This document shows, piece by piece, positions 36,562 to 45,380 of a DNA stretch of 64,000 bases. Every line of letters begins with the position of its first letter. Position 1 is the stretch's first letter. The translations under genes and the position numbers were made by a program. Under the pieces are notes generated by a model, which saw only the letters and a list, made by a program, of their open reading frames with translations, did no database searches and was not told where the DNA came from. Source of the stretch: an uncultured Candidatus Saccharibacteria bacterium (lineage in GTDB: Bacteria > Patescibacteriota > Minisyncoccia > Phycocordibacterales > PALSA-1337); the NCBI GenBank assembly GCA_964358005.1, contig CAYHNH010000001.1, positions 78,775 to 142,774 of the forward strand, given 5' to 3'.

Positions 36562-37704
36562 CTATCTAGCCACTTTCACCTTACCATCCTCTATGACATG
36601 CATGACTGACGGTCGGCTGACTTCGCAGTCGGAATTGAATTTGAGTGTGCCGCCCACGGCTTCATAAGGCCCCATCCTAGTGGTCATATAATCGGAAACG
36701 GCCGCCGGAGTTATATCACCGGCGTTCTGCATCGCTTGTGCGACTACCATGACCGAATCGTAACCGTTGACTGCAGCCGCGAGAGGGTAGCCGCCGTATT
36801 TTTTAAAGAATGACCTTTTGAACTCTGCGAGAATCGGCGAATCATCTGATTGCGGCTCTGCCACGAATGGATAGTCAACAAATACGACGCCATTAGCCAG
36901 TGCCAGGTCCTTCATGGCGGGATTTACGATCGTAAAGAGGTCAGCCACGATCTGTTTCATGTAACCGAGCTGCTTCAGCTGTTTGAGCATGGCCTCTATG
37001 GAGTTGGTCGCGTTTATGATCACGAGCGCGTCGGTCTTGTCCTGGAGCGCCTTCAACTTTGTGACCTGTGTTCTAAAGTCGCTAGCAGTTTGGTCATAGC
37101 TTTCCGTTGCCACTATGGTCCCACCGTGCTCTTCAACAAAGTCCTCTATCGATGTGCGCGCCGTGTTACCGTACTCGTTTGCCGTTACAAGGAATGCCAC
37201 GCGGGCGTTCGGGAATTTTTCCATCGCATATCCACCGATGGAACGTGAGAAATCCTTTGCCGTCAGAGCGATACGGCAGGTTTTTGGATTTCCATCGAAG
37301 TATGTTCCGTGGATGCCGATCGGGACCATGCCAAAATCACCGTTTTTTCTAAGCAAAGGAGCGACTGGAACAATGCCATTGCCGCCGTCAACAAAAATAA
37401 ATTCAATGCCACGCTGTTTCAGCGCCTCGTATGCTGAAATGACCTTCTTTGAATCGCTAGCGTAGTCTTCTGTGACAAGTTCGAGCCTTTTGCCCTTGAT
37501 GCCGCCATCGGAATTGACCTTCGAAACTGCCATCTGCATACCGTTGTATTCTTGCTCACCCAATGCCGCCAGGGGACCGGTCATGAATAGGATGTTGCCT
37601 ATTTTTATCGAATCTTTTGAGTCAGAGTTATGCTGTGTGGCCAAAACAAATACTAAAACGCCCACTACAACAAAAACTGTTATGCCTATGATTTTATTTT
37701 TCAT
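36562..37704 (-). CDS. Membrane-anchored PBP1-type substrate-binding protein, copy 3
   Basis: TM anchor (IIGITVFVVVGVLVFVLA), then IKIGNILFMTGPLAALGEQEYNGMQMAVSKVNSDGGIKGKRLELVTEDYASD. Confidence 0.8.
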   Translation of the reverse strand: MKNKIIGITVFVVVGVLVFVLATQHNSDSKDSIKIGNILFMTGPLAALGEQEYNGMQMAVSKVNSDGGIKGKRLELVTEDYASDSKKVISAYEALKQRGIEFIFVDGGNGIVPVAPLLRKNGDFGMVPIGIHGTYFDGNPKTCRIALTAKDFSRSIGGYAMEKFPNARVAFLVTANEYGNTARTSIEDFVEEHGGTIVATESYDQTASDFRTQVTKLKALQDKTDALVIINATNSIEAMLKQLKQLGYMKQIVADLFTIVNPAMKDLALANGVVFVDYPFVAEPQSDDSPILAEFKRSFFKKYGGYPLAAAVNGYDSVMVVAQAMQNAGDITPAAVSDYMTTRMGPYEAVGGTLKFNSDCEVSRPSVMHVIEDGKVKVAR

Positions 37705-37821
37705 CCAGCAATTCTGCTACACAGTCAAGGATATGTCATATTTGTCGACAAACTTGTCACAATTGACTATTAACGCCATATAAATTAAGCTTTAGTTGTT
37801 GACGAAATACTCGACAAATTA

Positions 37822-38565
37822 GTGAAAACCAACCAATTAACAGCGGTGTTGCAGGACTTGGGCCTCACGGAAAACGAATCAAAAGTCTACTTTTCCAGCC
37901 TCTCACTAGGCCCGTCAGCCATACTCAAGATCGCCCAGGCGGCCGAATTGAAGCGTACGACTGTGTATTCGGTCATCGACGCACTCAAGCAGAAAGGCCT
38001 GATGAATATCCAGGTTGCTGGCTTCAAGAAAAAGTTCGTGGCGGAGGACCCAAACAAGCTTGAGGCAATATTGGAGACGCGCCGGCAGAGGCTACGCGAT
38101 GTTCTGCCTGAATTCTCGGCGCTATACAGTCTCCAGGGAGGTGAGGCGTTCATAAAATACTACGAAGGGCTCGAATCGGTGAAAGGCGTCTACGAGGGTC
38201 TGATCAAAGGTATAAAGCCTCATGAGGATTACCTGGTCATGGGCAACGTAGATCATTGGATCAAGCTCGACAAGGAATTTTTCTCGGATTTTTCCTACAG
38301 ACGGGCAAAATTGCCCATAAACATCCGTCTTCTAGTTCAAGATACCGAGATTGGGCGAGAATGGCTGGCTCTCGAGAAGAATTTCAACTCAAAAGTGAGG
38401 TTGCTGCCGAAAGAGACTCAGCTCACGACCAATCTGGTCATCACGCCAGAGAAAGTCCTCATCCACCAGCTGACTCCGCCTGTCCTCGGCATAGTCATTG
38501 AGAACAAGAACGTCATCCGCATGCACAGGGAGATGTATGAGATAGCGTGGGGAGCTAGTCAATAA
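37822..38565 (+). CDS. TrmB-family transcriptional regulator, copy 3
   Basis: HTH LQDLGLTENESKVYFSSLSLGPSAILKIAQAAELKRTTVYSVIDALKQKGLM. It is divergent from SBP copy 3. Confidence 0.7.
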   Translation: MKTNQLTAVLQDLGLTENESKVYFSSLSLGPSAILKIAQAAELKRTTVYSVIDALKQKGLMNIQVAGFKKKFVAEDPNKLEAILETRRQRLRDVLPEFSALYSLQGGEAFIKYYEGLESVKGVYEGLIKGIKPHEDYLVMGNVDHWIKLDKEFFSDFSYRRAKLPINIRLLVQDTEIGREWLALEKNFNSKVRLLPKETQLTTNLVITPEKVLIHQLTPPVLGIVIENKNVIRMHREMYEIAWGASQ

Positions 38566-38592
38566 AAAAACGGCAGGAAGGGGTTCCTGCCG
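38564..38592 (-). terminator. Rho-independent terminator for the minus-strand high-GC gene
   Basis: Stem CGGCAGGAA / TTCCTGCCG with loop GGGG. On the minus strand it is followed by TTTTTTT. Confidence 0.5.
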
Positions 38593-38621
38593 TCGAGGGA
38601 TCGGAATCGGCCTGCGGCCGA

Positions 38622-39335
38622 TTACATGTGCCGGCGGAGGCCGCCGAGGGCCACCAGGCGACCGAGCGCGGAAATCAGCCCACGCGGGTCGTGCTGCTCA
38701 CCGTCACCGTTATCGCCATCGTCGTCCTTGTCGAACGGGTCGGACTTCTGCTCGGCCAGTTCCTCCTTCTCCTTGGAGGCCAGGTGGCGCGCGATGAAGA
38801 CCTGCGCCTCCTCGCTCTCCGTGGTGCCGTAGCGCTCCTCGGCGTGCGCACGGACCTGATCCTCGTAATCCGGCTTCCGGACCAGGACCCAGCCGTCGCT
38901 GACCCCGAGACTTCCGCGTTCGCCCTGACCAGGGAATTCGTCGTGGATGAAGTCCCAGGCGAGCTTCTCAGCCTGCTCAGAGAGGCGCTTGAGCGTGACG
39001 GAGTCGCGCTTGTAGCGCCCGATGTCGGCCAGCTTGCGCGGATACGGGAGTTGCAGCGCCAGCGCGTGGTATTCGGTGTGCAGCGAGAGGAACTCGCGCG
39101 CCTTCGGGTCAGTGATGACGCCGATGACGGTCACCCGGCTCGGATCCGCGTTGAGGAGCGGCTGGAACAGCTTTTCCTCCGGCGTGATCTCGCCGCGCAT
39201 GATGGCGGCGACACGATTGGTGAACTGCCCGTAGACGCTCTTCGGCGCGGGGGCCGTGGTTCCATCAGATGTCCCGGTCGCTTCCGAAGCGCCACGGTGT
39301 GCCGTGGCGCTGATGCTAGCATTCGATGTTTTCAT
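38622..39335 (-). CDS. Hypothetical protein with a GC-content outlier (about 65% GC against about 50% in flanking genes); likely start MKTSNASISATAH
   Basis: Continuous ORF with a dedicated terminator. The product has an acidic C-terminal tail (DKDDDGDNGDGEQHD) and no recognised motif. GC counts in 60-nt samples were 63-67%. Confidence 0.5.
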   Translation of the reverse strand: MKTSNASISATAHRGASEATGTSDGTTAPAPKSVYGQFTNRVAAIMRGEITPEEKLFQPLLNADPSRVTVIGVITDPKAREFLSLHTEYHALALQLPYPRKLADIGRYKRDSVTLKRLSEQAEKLAWDFIHDEFPGQGERGSLGVSDGWVLVRKPDYEDQVRAHAEERYGTTESEEAQVFIARHLASKEKEELAEQKSDPFDKDDDGDNGDGEQHDPRGLISALGRLVALGGLRRHM

Positions 39336-39461
39336 GGTGCTGAACGTTTTTCTGTTTTTGGGTTCTTGACTTGAGGCGGTTTCTAACCGAATCAAAGAGT
39401 TTTTGAGCACTGCGCACGAGCCGCAGTCTGGCGGAAACCTTAACACTAGGTTCAGGGGGTG

Positions 39462-39914
39462 TCAAGGTTTCGTCGTCGGACTGACATTCTCATGCGCGAT
39501 CACCAGTTTCAGATAGTCGCTCATCTCGACGATGATCCGTGCTCGGATCTCGGAGCGAGAGATGATGCCGACGAGCTCCTTGCCACCCCTTGTGACTAGG
39601 AGCCGACGGATGCCGTGATTCTTCATGAGGCGCCAGGCTGTATCGAGAGAATCATCGTGATCGATAGGGATGATGATCTTGGACATCAGATTCCGGACAT
39701 GCTGTTCGGTAGCCGGCTTCGTCGGATCTATGCGCAAAGTTATGTCTCGGTCAGTTATGACGCCGACAAGCTTGCCGGCGGCGTTGGTCACGGGCAGGCT
39801 CCCGTATTTATCATTCTTCATGACCTCGATCGTCTCGGCGATCGTATCAGATTCGAGGACGCAGGCCGGGTCTGGAGTCATTACTTGGCTCACCGTGGTG
39901 TTTGTGTATATCAT
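39462..39914 (-). CDS. CBS-pair domain protein
   Basis: 150 aa with two CBS repeats (VSQVMTPDPACVLESDTIAETIEVM...GSLPVTNAAGKLVGVITDRDI and IPIDHDDSLDTAWRLMKNHGIRRLLVTRGGKELVGIISRSEI). Confidence 0.75.
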   Translation of the reverse strand: MIYTNTTVSQVMTPDPACVLESDTIAETIEVMKNDKYGSLPVTNAAGKLVGVITDRDITLRIDPTKPATEQHVRNLMSKIIIPIDHDDSLDTAWRLMKNHGIRRLLVTRGGKELVGIISRSEIRARIIVEMSDYLKLVIAHENVSPTTKP

Positions 39915-40035
39915 TTTGAAAGAAGGTTCATGCCCAGACTAGCACTAGGTTTAGGTATGTCAAACAAAAACCGCCCTAGAAAGGCGGCTTTTGTATTCAT
40001 GCCTGGCTTACGGCCAGGCCGAATGAGAAACGGGC

Positions 40036-40308
40036 TTATTTCACTGCGTCCTTCAGGGCCTTGGCGGCGCGGAACTTCGGAACCTTCATGGCCGGGACCT
40101 TGATGGCCTCACCGGTGCGAGGGTTGCGAGCTTCACGGGCTGCGCGCTGCTTGACCGAGAAGATGCCGAGACCAGCGATAGAGACCTCATCACCCTTCTT
40201 CAAGGAGTCGATAATTGTGTTAATCATAGTCTCGACCGCTTGTTCGGCCTGTACCTTCGTACCGCCGAGAACGCCATGAACTGCATCAACAATGCTAGCT
40301 TTGTTCAT
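40036..40308 (-). CDS. hup: HU-family DNA-binding protein
   Basis: 90 aa matching the HU signature: MNKASIVDAVH...GDEVSIAGLGIFSVKQRAAREARNPRTGEAIKVPA. Confidence 0.85.
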   Translation of the reverse strand: MNKASIVDAVHGVLGGTKVQAEQAVETMINTIIDSLKKGDEVSIAGLGIFSVKQRAAREARNPRTGEAIKVPAMKVPKFRAAKALKDAVK

Positions 40309-40566
40309 TGTGTATTGTTAATTCTTATAAATTTGGTCTCGGCGCCGACGCGTCGAGCTTGCGAACTACGGAGTTATTATACTTTAAGCCATTTTTTAGG
40401 CAATGGGCACGAAAGTTAGCTGTGGATTGACTGTGGATTGCCAAAAAAGATGAAATATGGGCCTATTTTAGAGAAAAAATGGCTATTTCTGGTGATGAGC
40501 ATGCCAAACAAATAAAAAGCCGCACAGCTCACTGTACGGCGGAAAGAACTGGGGGACTCATCCCCA

Positions 40567-41115
40567 TTACACGCGGAAATTCGGCAGGCCGATCAACCGC
40601 AACTCCAGCGAGCAATTGCCGATCACGCTCCGGAAGAACCACGGCGCGAAGAGGGCAAAGAAGCTGTTTCCTGCCAGATGCCACAAGGTGAAGGGTATTT
40701 GACCAATGGCTGCCACGCTGAGAGGTGTCCCATGGATCGGTGCCAGGAGCACTCCTGTCACGAGATCGAAGAAAAGAGTCCCAACCACGCTGGCGCCGAC
40801 GTAGTGGCGCACAGTAATGGGTCGATTCTTGAGGTAATAGCCTCCGGCTACCCCCACGATGGCGTAGCAAATTGAGGTTGCGATGGTCCAAGGACCCAAC
40901 GCATTCGTGCATGCATCCAGCATGATCATCCCAAGGAAGCCGTATAGGCCTGCGACCCAGGGGCCGTAAGCGCGGGCGCCGGCAAGCTCGGTTGCCATGA
41001 GCGGAGCGACGTTCGGCAGGCCGAGGAGCGGCGTTACCAAACGGAATAGGAGCGTAATGAAGCCAGCCAATGCGAACTTCGCGAGGCCGACAGACCAAAC
41101 GATGGGATCTTTCAT
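40567..41115 (-). CDS. Small 5-6 TM membrane protein, ECF S-component / BtuM-CbrT-like (candidate vitamin transporter)
   Basis: 182 aa, wholly hydrophobic with short loops, in the size and topology class of solitary S components. It is preceded by a candidate cobalamin riboswitch. Confidence 0.45.
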   Translation of the reverse strand: MKDPIVWSVGLAKFALAGFITLLFRLVTPLLGLPNVAPLMATELAGARAYGPWVAGLYGFLGMIMLDACTNALGPWTIATSICYAIVGVAGGYYLKNRPITVRHYVGASVVGTLFFDLVTGVLLAPIHGTPLSVAAIGQIPFTLWHLAGNSFFALFAPWFFRSVIGNCSLELRLIGLPNFRV

Positions 41116-41124
41116 GTTTTTAAC

Positions 41125-41295
41125 GAGCTAATCACACAGCTGCTAAGGAGATTCGTGGCGAAAACCGATCGCCAGGGCCTGCCTCGGGCAAATCCGGGTC
41201 GGGTGACCCGGGGTTTACGAGATCGGACTATACCGTTGCGGGACAGTGAGGGAATCACACCCTCTTCATCGTAAACGCTGTATGTAAGGGCCAGT
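41125..41295 (-). ncRNA. Candidate cobalamin (B12) riboswitch in the 5' leader of the membrane-protein gene
   Basis: The minus strand reads ...GAAGAGGGUGUGAUUCCCUCACUGUCCCGCAACGGUAUAGUCCG...CCCCGGGUCACCCGACCCGG...GCCCGAGGCAGGCCCUGG. This matches, from memory, the cobalamin-riboswitch core (GGUG.GAAUCC...CUG.CCCGCAAC.GUAA) and a downstream CCCGAG.CAGG segment. Confidence 0.35.
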
Positions 41296-41441
41296 CTAGC
41301 AAACGTTATAGAAAAAACAAATTTCCATGAGAATAAGCCAATGAAAAAGGGCGACCGGTGTTTGTTCCCACCGGCCGCCCTTGGGCGTAATGTCAGTCAA
41401 CAACTTCCTGACTAACTGTAATAAAGATACACCCCTCTTTC

Positions 41442-42971
41442 TTATCTTGCAAACTCGATGGAGCGAGTCTCGCGGATGACTGTGACCTTTATTTCGCCTG
41501 GATATTTCAGGTCTTTCTCTATCTTAAGGGCTATCTCGCGGGCAAGATTCTTGGCCTCCATATCGCCCATAGCCTCCGGCTTGACGAAGACGCGTATCTC
41601 GCGGCCAGCCTGCAGAGCGTATGACTTCTCGATGCCGGGGAAGGAGTTGGCGGTGGCTTCTAGGTCGCCCAGACGCTTGAGGTAATTCTCGACATTGTCA
41701 CGACGGGCACCAGGACGGGCACCAGATATGGCGTCAGCCGTCTGGACTATGCGCGACTCGACGGTCTCGTACGGATATTCCTCGTGATGTGCCTGCATAG
41801 CTTTGACTATCTCTTCTGGAGCCCCGAATTTCTGGAGTATGCGTCGGCCTATCTCGACGTGGGTGCCGGCGACCTCGTGATCAAGCGCTTTGCCTAGGTC
41901 ATGCAAGAGGGCGCCAGCCTTGGCTACTTGAACGTTTGCGCCGAGCTCCTCGGCTATCATGCCCGCGATGTGGGACATCTCTATCGAGTGCTGGAGGACA
42001 TTCTGGCCATAACTGGTGCGGAAATGCAGGCGACCGAGAATGAGCAGTATCCTGGGGTCTAGGCCGAGCACACCGCATTCGTAAGCAGCCTGTTCGCCCT
42101 TCTCCTTGATGGTCTTGTTCGATTCCTGGCGGGCCTTTTCTACCACTTGCTCGATGCGGGCTGGCTGGACGCGACCGTCCTTGATGAGCTCGCGCAAGGC
42201 TATGCCGGCCACGTGTCGGCGGACCGGGTCAAAAGACGAGATGGTTATGGCTCCTGGGGTGTCATCGACGAGAACTTCGACGCCGGTCGAGCGCTCGAAG
42301 GCCTTGATGTTGCGGCCTTCCTTGCCGATTATCTTGCCCTTTACGTCATCACTCGGTATCTCGACTGTGGAAGACATGAAATCCGAGGCGACGGATGAAG
42401 CCAGGCGCTGAATGGACACGGCCAATATGTCCTTGGCCTTCTGTTCGAGCATATCCTCGCCTTGAGTCTCGAGCTTCTTCATGCGGACGAGGAAATCAGC
42501 CTCGTTCTTCTTTTCGAGCATCTTTATGATCTCGTTCTTGGCGTCTTCGGCCGAGAGATTTGCGGCTTTTTCGAGTGCCGCTAGGCGGTCCTGCTCCAAT
42601 TTGTCGGCTTTTTCCCTTATGGCCCTTATCTCATTGGCCTTTATCTTGATGAGCTCGACCTCTTTGTCTATGTCGGCCTGCCTCTTATCGAGCAGGTCCT
42701 CCTTCTTGATCAGACGATCTTCTGTATTTCGAGCTTTGTCCTCCTTTTCCTTTATTTCCACGCGCTTTGCCTCCGCCATTTCAGCGGCTTTCTTCTCGGC
42801 TTCGGTGGTGATCTTCTTGCCCTCTTCTTTGGCGGCTAGGAGCATCTCTTTGACTTCGAGCTCCATCGAACCTTTTTTACCCAAGGTGATCAGGTATCGG
42901 AGGTAGTAACCGATTGCTATGCCCAAGACTCCTGCGATGGAGAGGTATAGCGCAACTAATTTTAATGACAT
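41442..42971 (-). CDS. rny: Ribonuclease Y
   Basis: N-terminal TM helix, a long coiled coil, a KH domain (KGKIIGKEGRNIKAFE) and an HD domain (HSIEMSHIAGMIAEELGANVQVAKAGALLHDLGKA). Confidence 0.9.
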   Translation of the reverse strand: MSLKLVALYLSIAGVLGIAIGYYLRYLITLGKKGSMELEVKEMLLAAKEEGKKITTEAEKKAAEMAEAKRVEIKEKEDKARNTEDRLIKKEDLLDKRQADIDKEVELIKIKANEIRAIREKADKLEQDRLAALEKAANLSAEDAKNEIIKMLEKKNEADFLVRMKKLETQGEDMLEQKAKDILAVSIQRLASSVASDFMSSTVEIPSDDVKGKIIGKEGRNIKAFERSTGVEVLVDDTPGAITISSFDPVRRHVAGIALRELIKDGRVQPARIEQVVEKARQESNKTIKEKGEQAAYECGVLGLDPRILLILGRLHFRTSYGQNVLQHSIEMSHIAGMIAEELGANVQVAKAGALLHDLGKALDHEVAGTHVEIGRRILQKFGAPEEIVKAMQAHHEEYPYETVESRIVQTADAISGARPGARRDNVENYLKRLGDLEATANSFPGIEKSYALQAGREIRVFVKPEAMGDMEAKNLAREIALKIEKDLKYPGEIKVTVIRETRSIEFAR

Positions 42972-43172
42972 ATGCGGTAATGACCCGCTTTTTGAGGACT
43001 AGGGTGAAATCAAGATATGATCGTTGTCGGAAAGGGTAGGATAATTCATAAATTGGGTGTCACGGATCTTCAAATGCGCTGTCGCAATTAATATTGAGTA
43101 ACAAAAACATCATATACCCCTCTTTACTTTTGCGCAACAGCGCGATATATTTCGCAAACAACCAACAAAATC

Positions 43173-43754
43173 ATGCTTATACCCACAGTCATCGAGAAAT
43201 CTAGCTTTGGCGAGCGCGCCTATGACATTTACTCGCGTCTCCTCAAGGAGAACGTCATATTTTTGGGCGGCCCGATAGACGATCATGTGGCTAACCTTAT
43301 CATCGCCCAGCTCCTTTTCCTGCAGACGGAGGATTCGAAGAAAGAGATAAGTCTGTATATCAACTCTCCAGGAGGCTCGGTTTCGGCGGGAATGGCCATC
43401 GTCGACACGATGCAACACATCAAGAACGATGTTTCCACTGTTTGTGTCGGTATCGCGGCTTCCATGGGGGCGGTCATACTCTCGGCTGGCACGAAGGGAA
43501 AGAGGATGGCGCTTCCAAATGCAGAGATAATGATCCATCAACCCCTCGGTGGAGTAGAGGGACAGGCCTCGGACATAGAGATCAGCGCTAAACACATCCT
43601 GAAGATGCGCGCTAACCTGAACAAGATGCTGGCCAAGAACACCGGACAGACTGTCGCCAAGATAGAGAAGGACGTCGATCGAGATTTCTTCATGGATGCT
43701 GATGAGGCCAAGAAATACGGTATCATCGACCAGGTTGTCGCCAACAAGAAATAG
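43173..43754 (+). CDS. clpP: ATP-dependent Clp protease proteolytic subunit
   Basis: [33 protein letters not shown] (catalytic Ser) and MIHQPLGG (His). Confidence 0.95.
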   Translation: MLIPTVIEKSSFGERAYDIYSRLLKENVIFLGGPIDDHVANLIIAQLLFLQTEDSKKEISLYINSPGGSVSAGMAIVDTMQHIKNDVSTVCVGIAASMGAVILSAGTKGKRMALPNAEIMIHQPLGGVEGQASDIEISAKHILKMRANLNKMLAKNTGQTVAKIEKDVDRDFFMDADEAKKYGIIDQVVANKK

Positions 43755-43784
43755 ATCTCACGCAGGGCCTCTCAAACCGCTCAA

Positions 43785-44489
43785 ATGCGCCTACACAGAT
43801 TTTTCATAGATGAGGCTATCGGCTCCAAAAAGGAGGTACTGGTTGCTTCGCCTGAACTCGCGAATCAGATATCGCGGGTTTTTCGTTTGAAGCGGGGTGA
43901 CAGAGTCATACTGTTCGATGGCTCTGGTTCTGACTATGAGTCCGAGGTCACAGAAGCTAGCAAGGGGTCTGTGCTTTTCCGCGTCCTGTCCGCCACCCAC
44001 AGCCGCTACATGCCGGAACGCAAAATATATCTCTGCGCGGCCGTGGTCAAAAAAGACAACTTCGAGCTCATCGTTGAAAAGGCCACGGAATTGGGCGTGA
44101 CCGACATCGTTCCCGTATTGGCGGAGCATTCAGAAAAGAAGTCCTTGAATGAGGGGCGGCTAAAAAAGATTGCCATCGAGGCCAGCGAACAGTCCGGACG
44201 TGGAGATGTGCCGAGGATATGCGCTATAAAAAGCCTTGAAGAAGCGCTAAGTTCCTTGGTGGAAGTAGACTCCATAGTTTTCCACACCGAAGGGAACTCT
44301 TTTGAAAGGCAAAATGTTACGCGGAGCGATGATATCGCTATTTTTATAGGTCCAGAAGGCGGGTGGTCCAGGAATGAATTGGACCTGTTTCACAAGAATA
44401 AGATACCTGTCGTATGTCTTGGGCCACAGGTTCTGAGGGCCGAAACAGCCGTAGTTGCCGCCCTTTCTCAGGTGGTCTTTGCCGCGTAG
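43785..44489 (+). CDS. rsmE: 16S rRNA (uracil1498-N3)-methyltransferase
   Basis: MRLHRFFIDE N-terminus, PUA-like domain, and C-terminal SPOUT motifs (IFIGPEGGWSRNEL; CLGPQVLRAETA). Confidence 0.85.
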   Translation: MRLHRFFIDEAIGSKKEVLVASPELANQISRVFRLKRGDRVILFDGSGSDYESEVTEASKGSVLFRVLSATHSRYMPERKIYLCAAVVKKDNFELIVEKATELGVTDIVPVLAEHSEKKSLNEGRLKKIAIEASEQSGRGDVPRICAIKSLEEALSSLVEVDSIVFHTEGNSFERQNVTRSDDIAIFIGPEGGWSRNELDLFHKNKIPVVCLGPQVLRAETAVVAALSQVVFAA

Positions 44490-44606
44490 CCTATTTCAGA
44501 TAGCGGGTTGTTTCACGGGAGGGTGAGTGACGTGGTGATGGGGCCCTGCTTCCCAACCTCGTTTCTAAAACCATGGCGAATAGTCAAAAGTACTTTGCTT
44601 TTGTAA

Positions 44607-44653
44607 ACAAAAAAGTCCGCCTTGCGACGAACTTGTTTCTGTCGCGAGCGGAC
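44607..44653 (-). terminator. Imperfect long hairpin plus T-tract, terminator for the minus-strand gene ending at 44692
   Basis: GTCCGCCTTGCGAC...GTCGCGAGCGGAC; on the minus strand the stem is followed by TTTTTTGTTT. Confidence 0.4.
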
Positions 44654-44691
44654 GTGGACCTAGCCGCAGGTCACTGATGTCGACACCCTAG

Positions 44692-45279
44692 TCAGGGTTT
44701 CCAAGGAACTACGGCTATATCTAGAAACACCGGTAGGGCGGGCAGACCATGTCGTTGCCGTAGATACTCGTCAAACGGCTGGTGTGAAATTTTCCCGGTG
44801 CGGACATGAGTGACCTTGTAGACTGCGAAGAGCGACAAGAGCACTTCTTGAGGAGGGGGAGTTGGCGGTCCTTCGCCTCGGATATTCAACATCTTGAAAA
44901 GCATTCTACCGATTCGGATCGCGCCATCAGAGAAATTTTCCCCTTTGTGCAGCTTCCAGAATGCGTCCATGCTTCCGTGGCGGATGAAGCCTTCTTCTTT
45001 TGCGCCGGCCGCTTCCAGGGTTTCAGCGAAGCTCATGCTCCACAACCCGCCTCGTTGTTCTGTCGGGAGGAGGTTCTCATTGATGTCGATGAAAACGACT
45101 CGATCCGGCCCGAAATGCTTTATGGGATTGTCGACCGAATGGATGGAAAGCGACGATACACAAAACTTTTTCAGATCCGGGTTTGATTCTTTCGCGTTCA
45201 CGTCTGCCCAGATGTAGCGATTGCCTGGGAACAGATGGTCAAAGTCCCAGTGAATGACAACTGTGTCTATGTATTTCAT
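44692..45279 (-). CDS. Hypothetical protein
   Basis: A 195-aa ORF with its own terminator. It has a VVIHWDFDH motif but no confident family assignment. Confidence 0.45.
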   Translation of the reverse strand: MKYIDTVVIHWDFDHLFPGNRYIWADVNAKESNPDLKKFCVSSLSIHSVDNPIKHFGPDRVVFIDINENLLPTEQRGGLWSMSFAETLEAAGAKEEGFIRHGSMDAFWKLHKGENFSDGAIRIGRMLFKMLNIRGEGPPTPPPQEVLLSLFAVYKVTHVRTGKISHQPFDEYLRQRHGLPALPVFLDIAVVPWKP

Positions 45280-45380
45280 TTTGGAGAGCTGTTATGGAAC
45301 TCGCGCACCATGCTTGAGTAATTGGTATAGATGACCAATTTTGTTGAACAGCTGGGCTCAAACTACAGCAATATCACCTT

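Noticed and set aside
38628-39374. 248-aa plus-strand ORF
   Set aside because: It is antisense to the 65% GC minus-strand gene. High GC suppresses stop codons on both strands. The product is Arg/Leu/Val-rich low complexity, and the terminator orientation supports the minus-strand gene.
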